64,000 nucleotides of DNA from the human T2T-CHM13v2.0 reference genome, Homo sapiens. The DNA lies in the NCBI RefSeq assembly GCF_009914755.1, contig NC_060941.1, one strand, 5' to 3'. Each line of letters begins with the position of its first letter. The first letter of the stretch is position 1. Positions 26,305 through 39,371 of the stretch are shown here, one piece after another. The notes beneath the pieces were generated by a model. That model saw only the letters and a list, made by a program, of their open reading frames with translations. It made no database searches and was not told the origin of the DNA. Position numbers and translations under genes: made by a program.

Positions 26305-28684
26305 GAATTCGTTGGAAACGGGATAATTTCAGCTGACTAAACAGAAGCAGTCTCAGAATCTTCTTTGTGATGTTTGCATTCAAATCCCAGAGTTGAACTT
26401 TCCTTTCAAAGTTCACGTTTGAAACACTCTTTTTGCAGGATCTACAAGTGGATATTTGGACCACTCTGTGTCCTTCGTTCGAAACGGGTATATCTTCACA
26501 TGACATCTAGACAGAAGCATTCTCAGAAGCTTCTCTGTGATGACTGCATTCAACTCACGGAGTTGAACACTCCTTTTGAGAGCGCAGTTTTGAAACTCTG
26601 TTTCTGTGGCATCTGCAAGGGGACATGTAGACCTCTTTGAAGATTTCGTTGGAAACGGAATCATCTTCACATAAAAACTATACAGATGCATTCTCAGGAA
26701 CTTTTTGGTGATGTTTGTATTCAACTCCCAGAGTTGAACTTTCCTTTGGAAAGAGCAGCTATGAAACACTCTTTTTCTAGAATCTGCAAGTGGACGTTTG
26801 GAGGGCTTTGTGGTTTGTGGTGGAAAAGGAAATATCTTCACCTAAATACTAGATAGAAGCATTCTCAGAAACTGCTTTGTGATGATTGCATTCACCTCAC
26901 AGAGTTGAACATTCCTATTGATAGAGCAGTTTGGAAACACTCTTGTTGTGGAATGTGCAAGTGGAGACTTGGAGCGTTTTGAGGCCTATGGTAGTAAAGG
27001 GAATAGCTTCATAGAAAAACTAGACAGAAGCATTCTCAGAAAATACTTTGTGATGATTGAGTTTAACTCACAGAGCTGAACATTCCTTTGGATGGAGCAG
27101 GTTTGAGACACACTTTTTGTAGAAACTACAAGTGGATATTTGGACCTCTCTGAGGATTTCGTTGGAAACGCGATAACTGCACCTAATTAAACGGAAGCAT
27201 TCTCAGAAACTTCTTGGTGATGTTTGCATTCAAATCCCAGAGTTGAACCTTCCTTTGATAGTTCAGGTTTGAAACACTCTTTTTGTACGATCTGCAAGTG
27301 GATATTTGGACCATTCTGTGGCCTTCATTCAAAACGGGTACATCTTCGCATAAAATCTAGACAGAAGCCTTCTCAGAAACTTCTCTGTGATGATTGCATT
27401 CAACTCACAGAGTTGAACCCTCCTATGGATAGAGCATTGTTGAAACTCTCTTTTTGTGGAATCTGCAAGTGGATATGTGGACCTCTCCGAAGATGTCTTT
27501 GGAAACGGGATTATCTTCACATAAAAACTAAACAGAAGCATTCTCAGAAACTTCTCTGTGATGTTTGTGTTCAACTCCCAGAGTTTCACATTGCTTTTCA
27601 TAGAGTAGTTCTGAAACATGCTTTTCGTAGTGTCTGCAAGTGGACATTTGGAGCGCTTTCAGGCCTGTGGTGGAAAACGAATTATGGTCCCATAAAAACT
27701 GGAGAGAAGCATTGTCAGAAACTTCTTTGTGATGATTGCATTCAACTCACAGAGATGAAGGTTCCTTTACAAACAGCAGTTTCCAAACACTCTTTCTGTG
27801 GAATCTGCAAGTGGATATTTGGACCTCTTTGAAGATTTCGTTGGAAACGGGAGAATCTTCACAGAAAAGCTAAACAGAAGCATTCTCAGAAACTTCTTTG
27901 TGATGCTTGCATTCAACTCACAGAGTTGAACGTTCCTTTCGAGAGAGAAGTTTTGAAACACTCTTTTTCCAGAATCTGCAAGTGGACATTTGGAGGGCTT
28001 TGAGGCCTGTGGTGTAAAAGGAATTAACTTCCCGTAAAAGCTAGATAGAAGCATTCTCAGAAACTACTTTGTGATGATTGCATTCAAGTCACAGAGTTGA
28101 ACATTCCCTTTGACAGAGCAGTTTGGAAACTCTCTTTGTGTAGAATCTGCAAGTGGAGATATGGACCGCTTTGAGGCCTATGGTAGTAAAGGAAATAGCT
28201 TCATATAAAAGCTAGACAGTAGCATTCACAGAAAACTCTTGGTGACGACTGAGTTTAACTCACAGAGCTGAACATTCCTTTGGATGGAGCAGTTTCGAAA
28301 CACACTATTTGTAGAATGTGCAAGTGGATATTTGGGCCTCTCTGAGGATTTCGTTGGAAACGGGATAAACCGCACAGAACTAAACAGAAGCATTCTCAGA
28401 ACCTTCTTCGTGATGTCTGCATTCAACTCACAGTGTGGAACCTTTCTTTGATAGTTCAGGTTTGAAACACTCTTTTTGTAGAAACTGCAAGGGGATAATT
28501 GCACTTCTTTGAGGCCTACCGTAGTAAAGGAAATAACTTCCTATAGAAAGAAGACAGAAGCTTTCTCAGAAAATTCTTTGGGATGATTGAGTGGAACTCA
28601 CAGAGCTGTACATTCCTTGCGATGTAGCAGTTTAGAAACACACTTTCTGCAGAATCTGCAAGTGCATATTTGGACCTCTCTGAG
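26305..28684 (+). repeat. 14-mer HOR variant (2380 bp EcoRI unit), second copy
   Basis: Same junction as the first 14-mer, exactly 5095 bp downstream. Confidence 0.95.
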
Positions 28685-31600
28685 GAATTCGTTGGAAACG
28701 GGATAATTTCAGCTGACTAAACAGAAGCAGTCTCAGAATCTTCTTTGTGATGTTTGCATTCAAATCCCAGAGTTGAACTTTCCTTTCAAAGTTCACGTTT
28801 GAAACACTCTTTTTGCAGGATCTACAAGTGGATATTTGGACCACTCTGTGTCCTTCGTTCGAAACGGGTATATCTTCACATGACATCTAGACAGAAGCAT
28901 TCTCAGAAGCTTCTCTGTGATGACTGCATTCAACTCACGGAGTTGAACACTCCTTTTGAGAGCGCAGTTTTGAAACTCTGTTTCTGTGGCATCTGCAAGG
29001 GGACATGTAGACCTCTTTGAAGATTTCGTTGGAAACGGAATCATCTTCACATAAAAACTATACAGATGCATTCTCAGGAACTTTTTGGTGATGTTTGTAT
29101 TCAACTCCCAGAGTTGAACTTTCCTTTGGAAAGAGCAGCTATGAAACACTCTTTTTCTAGAATCTGCAAGTGGATGTTTGGAGGGCTTTGTGGTTTGTGG
29201 TGGAAAAGGAAATATCTTCACCTAAATACTAGATAGAAGCATTCTCAGAAACTGCTTTGTGATGATTGCATTCACCTCACAGAGTTGAACATTCCTATTG
29301 ATAGAGCAGTTTGGAAACACTCTTGTTGTGGAATGTGCAAGTGGAGACTTGGAGCGTTTTGAGGCCTATGGTAGTAAAGGGAATAGCTTCATAGAAAAAC
29401 TAGACAGAAGCATTCTCAGAAAATACTTTGTGATGATTGAGTTTAACTCACAGAGCTGAACATTCCTTTGGATGGAGCAGGTTTGAGACACACTTTTTGT
29501 AGAAACTACAAGTGGATATTTGGACCTCTCTGAGGATTTCGTTGGAAACGCGATAACTGCACCTAATTAAACGGAAGCATTCTCAGAAACTTCTTGGTGA
29601 TGTTTGCATTCAAATCCCAGAGTTGAACCTTCCTTTGATAGTTCAGGTTTGAAACACTCTTTTTGTACGATCTGCAAGTGGATATTTGGACCATTCTGTG
29701 GCCTTCATTCAAAACGGGTACATCTTCGCATAAAATCTAGACAGAAGCCTTCTCAGAAACTTCTCTGTGATGATTGCATTCAACTCACAGAGTTGAACCC
29801 TCCTATGGATAGAGCATTGTTGAAACTCTCTTTTTGTGGAATCTGCAAGTGGATATGTGGACCTCTCCGAAGATGTCTTTGGAAACGGGATTATCTTCAC
29901 ATAAAAACTAAACAGAAGCATTCTCAGAAACTTCTCTGTGATGTTTGTGTTCAACTCCCAGAGTTTCACATTGCTTTTCATAGAGTAGTTCTGAAACATG
30001 CTTTTCGTAGTGTCTGCAAGTGGACATTTGGAGCGCTTTCAGGCCTGTGGTGGAAAACGAATTATGGTCCCATAAAAACTGGAGAGAAGCATTGTCAGAA
30101 ACTTCTTTGTGATGATTGCATTCAACTCACAGAGATGAAGGTTCCTTTACAAACAGCAGTTTCCAAACACTCTTTCTGTGGAATCTGCAAGTGGATATTT
30201 GGACCTCTTTGAAGATTTCGTTGGAAACGGGAGAATCTTCACAGAAAAGCTAAACAGAAGCATTCTCAGAAACTTCTTTGTGATGCTTGCATTCAACTCA
30301 CAGAGTTGAACGTTCCTTTCGAGAGAGAAGTTTTGAAACACTCTTTTTCCAGAATCTGCAAGTGGACATTTGGAGGGCTTTGAGGCCTGTGGTGTAAAAG
30401 GAATTAACTTCCCGTAAAAGCTAGATAGAAGCATTCTCAGAAACTACTTTGTGATGATTGCATTCAAGTCACAGAGTTGAACATTCCCTTTGACAGAGCA
30501 GTTTGGAAACTCTCTTTGTGTAGAATCTGCAAGTGGAGATATGGACCGCTTTGAGGCCTATGGTAGTAAAGGAAATAGCTTCATATAAAAGCTAGACAGT
30601 AGCATTCACAGAAAACTCTTGGTGACGACTGAGTTTAACTCACAGAGCTGAACATTCCTTTGGATGGAGCAGTTTCGAAACACACTATTTGTAGAATGTG
30701 CAAGTGGATATTTGGGCCTCTCTGAGGATTTCGTTGGAAACGGGATAAACCGCACAGAACTAAACAGAAGCATTCTCAGAACCTTCTTCGTGATGTTTGC
30801 ATTCAACTCACAGTGTTGAACCTTTCTTTCATAGTTCAGGTTTGAAACGGTCTTTCTGTAGAAACTGCAAGTAGATATTTGGACCTCTCTGAGGATTTCG
30901 TTGGAAACGGGATAACCCGCACAGAACTAAAACAGAAGCATTCTCAGAACCCTCTTCGTGATGTTTGCATTCAACTCACAGTGCTGAACCTTTCTTTGAT
31001 AGTTCAGCTTTGAAACACTCTTCTTGTAGAAACTGCAAGTGGATATTTGGTCCTCTCTGAGGATTTCGTTGGAAAAGGGATAAACCGCACAGAACTAAAC
31101 AGAAGCATTCTCAGAACCTTCTTCGTGATGTCTGCATTCAACTCACAGTGTGGAACCTTTCTTTGATAGTTCAGGTTTGAAACACTCTTTTTGTAGAAAC
31201 TGCAAGGGGATAATTGCACTTCTTTGAGGCCTACCGTAGTAAAGGAAATAACTTCCTATAGAAAGAAGACAGAAGCTTTCTCAGAAAATTCTTTGGGATG
31301 ATTGAGTGGAACTCACAGAGCTGAACATTCCTTGCGATGTAGCAGTTTAGAAACACACTTTCTGCAGAATCTGCAAGTGCATATTTGGACCTCTCTGAGG
31401 AATTCGTTGGAAACGGGATAATTTCAGCTGATTAAACAGAAGCAGTCTCAGAATCTTCTTTGTGATATTTGCATTCAAATCCCAGAGTTGAACTTTCCTT
31501 TCAATGTTCACGTTTGAAACACTCTTTTTGCAGGATCTACAAGTGGATATTTGGACCACTCTGTGTCCTAAGTTCGAAACGGGTATATCTTCACATGACA

Positions 31601-34600
31601 TCTAGACAGAAGCATTCTCAGAAGCTTCTCTGTGATGACTGCATTCAACTCACGGAGTTGAACACTCCTTTTGAGAGCGCAGTTTTGAAACTCTCTTTCT
31701 GTGGCATCTGCAAGGGGACATGTAGACCTCTTTGAAGATTTCGTTGGAAACGGAATCATCTTCACATAAAAACTATACAGATGCATTCTCAGGAACTTTT
31801 TGGTGATGTTTGTATTCAACTCCCAGAGTTGAACTTTCCTTTGGAAAGAGCAGCTATGACACACTCTTTTTCTAGAATCTGCAAGTGGACGTTTGGAGGG
31901 CTTTGTGGTTTGTGGTGGAAAAGGAAATATCTTCACCTAAATACTAGATAGAAGCATTCTCAGAAACTACTTTGTGATGATTGCATTCACCTCACAGAGT
32001 TGAACATTCCTATTGATAGAGCAGTTTGGAAACACTCTTGTTGTGGAATGTGCAAGTGGAGATTTGGAGCGCTTTGAGGCCTATGGTAGTAAAGGGAATA
32101 GCTTTATAGAAAAACTAGACAGAAGCATTCTCAGAAAATACTTTGTGATGATTGAGTTTAACTCACAGAGCTGAACATTCCTTTGGATGGAGCAGGTTTG
32201 AGTCACACTTTTTGTAGAATCTACAAGTGGATATTTGGACCTCTCTGAGGATTTCGTTGGAAACGCGATAACTGCACCTAACTAAACGGAAGCATTCTCA
32301 GAAACTTCTTGGTGATGTTTGCATTCAAATCCCAGAGTTGAACCTTCCTGTGATAGTTCAGGTTTGAAACACTCTTTTTGTAGGATCTGCAAGTGGATAT
32401 TTGGACCACTCTGTGGCCTTCGTTCGAAACGGGTACATCTTCACATAAAATCTAGACAGAAGCCTTCTCAGAAACTTCTCTGTGATGATTGCATTCAACT
32501 CACAGATTTGAACCCTCCTATGGATAGAGCATTGTTGAAACTCTCTTTTTGTGGAATCTGCAAGTGGATATGTGGACCTCTCTGAAGATGTCTTTGGAAA
32601 CGGGAATATCTTCACATAAAAACTAAACAGAAGCATTCTCAGAAACTTCTCTGTGATGTTTGTGTTCAACTCCCAGAGTTTCACATTGCTTTTCATAGAG
32701 TAGTTCTGAAACATGCTTTTCGTAGTGTCTGCAAGTGGACATTTGGAGCGCTTTCAGGCCTGTGGTGGAAAACGAATTATGGTCCCATAAAAACTGGAGA
32801 GAAGCATTGTCAGAAACTTCTTTGTGATGATTGCATTCAACTCACAGAGATGAAGGTTCCTTTACAAACAGCAGTTTCCAAACACTCTTTCTGTGGAATC
32901 TGCAAGTGGATATTTGGACCTCTTTGAAGATTTCGTTGGAAACGGGAGAATCTTCACAGAAAAGCTAAACAGAAGCATTCTCAGAAACTTCTTTGTGATG
33001 CTTGCATTCAACTCACAGAGTTGAACTTTCCTTTCGAGAGAGAAGCTTTGAAACACTCTTTTTCCAGAATCTGCAAGTGGACATTTGGAGGGCTTTGAGG
33101 CCTGTGGTGGAAAAGGAATTAACTTCCCGTAAAAGCTAGATAGAAGCATTCTCAGAAACTACTTTGTGATGATTGCATTCAAGTCACAGAGTTGAACATT
33201 CCCTTTGACAGAGCAGTTTGGAAACTCTCTTTGTGTAGAATCTGCAAGTGGAGATATGGACCGCTTTGAGGCCTATGGTAGTAAAGGAAATAGCTTCATA
33301 TAAAAGCTAGACAGTAGCATTCACAGAAAACTCTTGGTGACGAATGAGTTTAACTCACAGAGCTGAACATTCCTTTGGATGGAGCAGTTTCGAAGCACAC
33401 TATTTGTAGAATGTGCAAGTGGATATTTGGGCCTCTCTGAGGATTTCGTTGGAAACGGGATAAACCGCACAGAACTAAACAGAAGCATTCTCAGAACCTT
33501 CTTCGTGATGTTTGCATTCAACTCACAGTGTTGAACCTTTCTTTGATAGTTCAGGTTTGAAACGGTCTTTCTGTAGAAACTGCAAGTAGATATTTGGACC
33601 TCTCTGAGGATTTCGTTGGAAACGGGATAAACCGCACAGAATTAAACAGAAGCATTCTCAGAACCCTCTTCGTGATGTTTGCATTCAACTCACAGTGCTG
33701 AACCTTTCTTTGATAGTTCAGCTTTGAAACACTCTTCTTGTAGAAACTGCAAGTGGATATTTGGTCCTCTCTGAGGATTTCGTTGGAAACGGGATAAACC
33801 GCACAGAACTAAACAGAAGCATTCTCAGAACCTTCTTCGTGATGTCTGCATTCAACTCACAGTGTGGAACCTTTCTTTGATAGTTCAGGTTTGAAACACT
33901 CTTTTTGTAGAAACTGCAAGGGGATAATTGCACTTCTTTGAGGCCTACCGTAGTAAAGGAAATAACTTCCTATAGAAAGAAGACAGAAGCTTTCTCAGAA
34001 AATTCTTTGGGATGATTGAGTGGAACTCACAGAGCTGTACATTCCTTGCGATGTAGCAGTTTAGAAACACACTTTCTGCAGAATCTGCAAGTGCATATTT
34101 GGACCTCTCTGAGGAATTCGTTGGAAACGGGATAATTTCAGCTGACTAAACAGAAGCAGTCTCAGAATCTTCTTTGTGATGTTTGCATTCAAATCCCAGA
34201 GTTGAACTTTCCTTTCAAAGTTCACGTTTGAAACACTCTTTTTGCAGGATCTACAAGTGGATATTTGGACCACTCTGTGTCCTTCGTTCGAAACGGGTAT
34301 ATCTTCACATGACATCTAGACAGAAGCATTCTCAGAAGCTTCTCTGTGATGACTGCATTCAACTCACGGAGTTGAACACTCCTTTTGAGAGCGCAGTTTT
34401 GAAACTCTCTTTCTGTGGCATCTGCAAGGGGACATGTAGACCTCTTTGAAGATTTCGTTGGAAACGGAATCATCTTCACATAAAAACTATACAGATGCAT
34501 TCTCAGGAACTTTTTGGTGATGTTTGTATTCAACTCCCAGAGTTGAACTTTCCTTTGGAAAGAGCAGCTATGAAACACTCTTTTTCTAGAATCTGCAAGT

Positions 34601-36826
34601 GGACGTTTGGAGGGCTTTGTGGTTTGTGGTGGAAAAGGAAATATCTTCACCTAAATACTAGATAGAAGCATTCTCAGAAACTGCTTTGTGATGATTGCAT
34701 TCACCTCACAGAGTTGAACATTCCTATTGATAGAGCAGTTTGGAAACACTCTTGTTGTGGAATGTGCAAGTGGAGATTTGGAGCGCTTTGAGGTCTATGG
34801 TAGTAAAGGGAATAGCTTCATAGAAAAACTAGACAGAAGCATTCTCAGAAAATACTTTGTGATGATTGAGTTTAACTCACAGAGCTGAACATTCCTTTGG
34901 ATGGTGCAGGTTTGAGACACACATTTGTAGAATCTACAATTGGATATTTGGACCTCTCTGAGCATTTCGTTGGAAACGGGATAACTGCACCTAACTAAAC
35001 GGAAGCATTCTCAGAAACTTCTTGGTGATGTTTGCATTCAAATCCCAGAGTTGAACCTTCCTTTGATAGTTCAGGTTTGAAACACTCTTTTTGTAGGATC
35101 TGCAAGTGGATATTTGGACCACTCTGTGGCCTTCGTTCGAAACGGGTATATCTTCGCATAAAATCTAGACAGAAGCCTTCTCAGAAACTTCTCTGTGATG
35201 ATTGCATTCAACTCACAGAGTTGAACCCTCCTATGGATAGAGCAGTGTTGAAACTCTCTTTTTGTGGAATCTGCAAGTGGATATGTGGACCTCTCCGAAG
35301 ATGTCTTTGGAAACGGGCATATCTTCACATAAAAACTAAACAGAAGCATTCTCAGAAACTTCTCTGTGATGTTTGTGTTCAACTCCCAGAGTTTCACATT
35401 GCTTTTCATAGAGTAGTTCTGAAACATGCTTTTCGTAGTGTCTACAAGTGGACATTTGGAGCGTTTTCAGGCCTGTGGTGGAAAACGAATTATGGTCACA
35501 TAAAAACTGGAGAGAAGCATTGTCAGAAACTTCTTTGTGATGATTGCATTCAACTCACAGAGTTGAAGGTTCCTTTTCAAAGAGCAGTTTCCAATCACTC
35601 TTTCTGTGGAATCTGCAAGTGGATATTTGGACCTCTTTGAAGATTTCGTTGGAAACGGGAGAATCTTCACAGAAAAGCTAAACAGAAGCATTCTCAGAAA
35701 CTTCTTTGTGATGCTTGCATTCAACTCACAGAGTTGAACTTTCCTTTCGAGAGAGAAGCTTTGAAACACTCTTTTCTAGAATCTGCAAGTGGACATTTGG
35801 AGGGCATTGAGGCCTGTGGTGGAAAAGGAATTATCTTCCCGTAAAAGCTAGATAGAAGCATTCTCAGAAACTACTTTGTGATGATTGCATTCAAGTCACA
35901 GAGTTGAACATTCCCTTTGACAGAGCAGTTTGGAAACTCTCTTTGTGTAGAATCTGCAAGTGGAGATATGGACCGCTTTGAGGCCTATGGTAGTAAAGGA
36001 AATAGCTTCATATAAAAGCTAGACAGTAGCATTCACAGAAAACTCTTGGTGACGACTGAGTTTAACTCACAGAGCTGAACATTCCTTTGGATGGAGCAGT
36101 TTCGAAACACACTATTTGTAGAATGTGCAAGTGGATATTTGGGCCTCTCTGAGGATTTCGTTGGAAACGGGATAAACCGCACAGAACTAAACAGAAGCAT
36201 TCTCAGAACCTTCTTCGTGATGTTTGCATTCAACTCACAGTGTTGAACCTTTCTTTCATAGTTCAGGTTTGAAACGGTCTTTCTGTAGAAACTGCAAGTA
36301 GATATTTGGACCTCTCTGAGGATTTCGTTGGAAACGGGATAAACAGCACAGAACTAAAACAGAAGCATTCTCAGAACCCTCTTCGTGATGTTTGCATTCA
36401 ACTCACAGTGCTGAAACTTTCTTTCATAGTTCAGCTTTGAAACACTCTTCTTGTAGAAACTGCAAGTGGATATTTGGTCCTCTCTGAGGATTTCGTTGGA
36501 AACGGGATAAACCGCACAGAACTAAACAGAAGCATTCTCAGAACCTTCTTCGTGATGTCTGCATTCAACTCACAGTGTGGAACCTTTCTTTGATAGTTCA
36601 GGTTTGAAACACTCTTTTTGTAGAAACTGCAAGGGGATAATTGCACTTCTTTGAGGCCTACCGTAGTAAAGGAAATAACTTCCTATAGAAAGAAGACAGA
36701 AGCTTTCTCAGAAAATTCTTTGGGATGATTGAGTGGAACTCACAGAGCTGAACATTCCTTGCGATGTAGCAGTTTAGAAACACACTTTCTGCAGAATCTG
36801 CAAGTGCATATTTGGACCTCTCTAAG

Positions 36827-39371
36827 GAATTCGTTGGAAACGTGATAATTTCAGCTGACTAAACAGAAGCAGTCTCAGAATCTTCTTTGTGATGTTTGCA
36901 TTCAAATCCCAGAGTTGAACTTTCCTTTCAAAGTTCACGTTTGAAACACTCTTTTTGCAGGATCTACAAGTGGATATTTGGACCACTCTGTGTCCTTCGT
37001 TCGAAACGGGTATATCTTCACATGACATCTAGACAGAAGCATTCTCAGAAGCTTCTCTGTGATGACTGCATTCAACTCACGGAGTTGAACACTCCTTTTG
37101 AGAGCGCAGTTTTGAAACTCTCTTTCTGTGGCATCTGCAAGGGGACATGTAGACCTCTTTGAAGATTTCGTTGGAAACGGAATCATCTTCACATAAAAAC
37201 TATACAGATGCATTCTCAGGAACTTTTTGGTGATGTTTGTATTCAACTCCCAGAGTTGAACTTTCCTTTGGAAAGAGCAGCTATGAAACACTCTTTTTCT
37301 AGAATCTGCAAGTGGACGTTTGGAGGGCTTTGTGGTTTGTGGTGGAAAAGGAAATATCTTCACCTAAATACTAGATAGAAGCATTCTCAGAAACTGCTTT
37401 GTGATGATTGCATTCACCTCACAGAGTTGAACATTCCTATTGATAGAGCAGTTTGGAAACACTCTTGTGGAATGTGCAAGTGGAGATTTGGAGCGCTTTG
37501 AGGCCTATGGTAGTAAAGGGAATAGCTTCATAGAAAAGCTAGACAGAAGCATTCTCAGAAAATACTTTGTGATGATTGAGTTTAACTCACAGAGCTGAAC
37601 ATTCCTTTGGATGGAGCAGGTTTGAGACACACTTTTTGTAGAATCTACAAGTGGATATTTGGACCTCTCTGAGGATTTCGTTGGAAACGCGATAACTGCA
37701 CCTAACTAAACGGAAGGATTCTCAGAAATTTCTTGGTGATGTTTGCATTCAAATCCCAGAGTTGAAACTTCCTTTGATAGTTCAGGTTTGAAACACTCTT
37801 TTTGTAGGATCTGCAAGTGGATATTTGGACCACTCTGTGGCCTTCGTTCGAAACGGGTACATCTTCGCATAATATCTAGACAGAAGCCTTCTCAGAAACT
37901 TCTCTGTGATGATTGCATTCAACTCACAGATTTGAACCCTCCTGTGGATAGAGCAGTGTTGAAACTCTCTTTTTGTGGAATCTGCAAGTGGATATGTGGA
38001 CCTCTCCGAAGATGTCTTTGGAAACGGGAATATCTTCACATAAAAACTAAACAGAAGCATTCTCAGAAACTTCTCTGTGATGTTTGTGTTCAACTCCCAG
38101 AGTTTCACATTGCTTTTCATAGAGTAGTTCTGAAACATGCTTTTCGTAGTGTCTGCAAGTGGACATTTGGAGCGCTTTCAGGCCTGTGGTGGAAAACGAA
38201 TTATGTTCCCATAAAAACTGGAGAGAAGCATTGTCAGAAACTTCTTTGTGATGATTGCATTCAACTCACAGAGATGAAGGTTCCTTTACAAACAGCAGTT
38301 TCCAAACACTCTTTCTGTGGAATCTGCAAGTGGATATTTGGACCTCTTTGAAGATTTCGTTGGAAACGGGAGAATCTTCACAGAAAAGTTAAACAGAAGC
38401 ATTTTCAGAAACTTCTTTGTGATCCTTGCATTCAACTCACAGAGTTGAACTTTCCTTTCGAGAGAGAAGCTTTGAAACACTCTTTTTCCAGAATCTGCAA
38501 GTGGACATTTGGAGGGCTTTGAGGCCTGTGGTGGAAAAGGAATTAACTTCCCGTAAAAGCTAGATAGAAGCATTCTCCGAAACTACTTTGTGATGATTGC
38601 ATTCAAGTCACAGAGTTGAACATTCCCTTTGACAGAGCAGTTTGGAAACTCTCTTTGTGTAGAATCTGCAAGTGGATATATGGACCGCATTGAGGCCTAT
38701 GGTAGTAAAGGAAATAGCTTCATATAAAAGCTAGACAGTAGCATTCACAGAAAACTCTTGGTGACGACTGAGTTTAACTCACAGAGCTGAACATTCCTTT
38801 GGATGGAGCAGTTTCGAAACACACTATTTGTAGAATCTGCAAGTGGATATTTGGGCCTCTCTGAGGATTTCGTTGGAAACGGGATAAACCGCACAGAACT
38901 AAAACAGAAGCATTCTCAGAACCTTCTTCGTGATGTTTGCATTCAACTCACAGTGCTGAACCTTTCTTTGATAGTTCAGCTTTGAAACACTCTTTTTGTA
39001 GAAACTGCAAGTGGATACTTGTTCCTCTATGAGGATTTCGTTGGAAACGGGATAAACCTCACAGAACTAAACAGAAACATACTCAGAACCTTCTTCGTGA
39101 TGTCTGCATTCAACTCACAGTGTGGAACCTTTCTTTGATAGTTCAGGTTTGAAACACTCTTTTTGTACAAACTGCAAGGGGATAATTGCACTTCCTTGGG
39201 GCTTACCACAGTAAAGGAAATAACTTCCTATAAAAAGAAGACAGAAGCTTTCTCAGAAAATTCTTTGGGATGATTGAGTTGAACTCACAGAGCTGAACAT
39301 TCCTTGCGATGTAGCAGTTTAGAAACACACTTTCTGCAGAATCTGCAAGTGCATATTTGGACCTCTCTGAG
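36827..39371 (+). repeat. 15-mer HOR variant, junction type B (2545 bp EcoRI unit, includes a 3-bp deletion near 37465)
   Basis: Copy-1 start (TTGGGCCTC) joined to copy-2 body (GTGCTGAACC...TTCAGCTTTG); the AAACGGTCTTTC segment is missing. Confidence 0.93.

Noticed and set aside
21210-28684. 14-mers as the neighbouring D17Z1-B 14-mer array
   Set aside because: They share private SNPs with the adjacent 16-mers and have a clean copy-1/copy-3 deletion junction, so they are local derivatives of the 16-mer.
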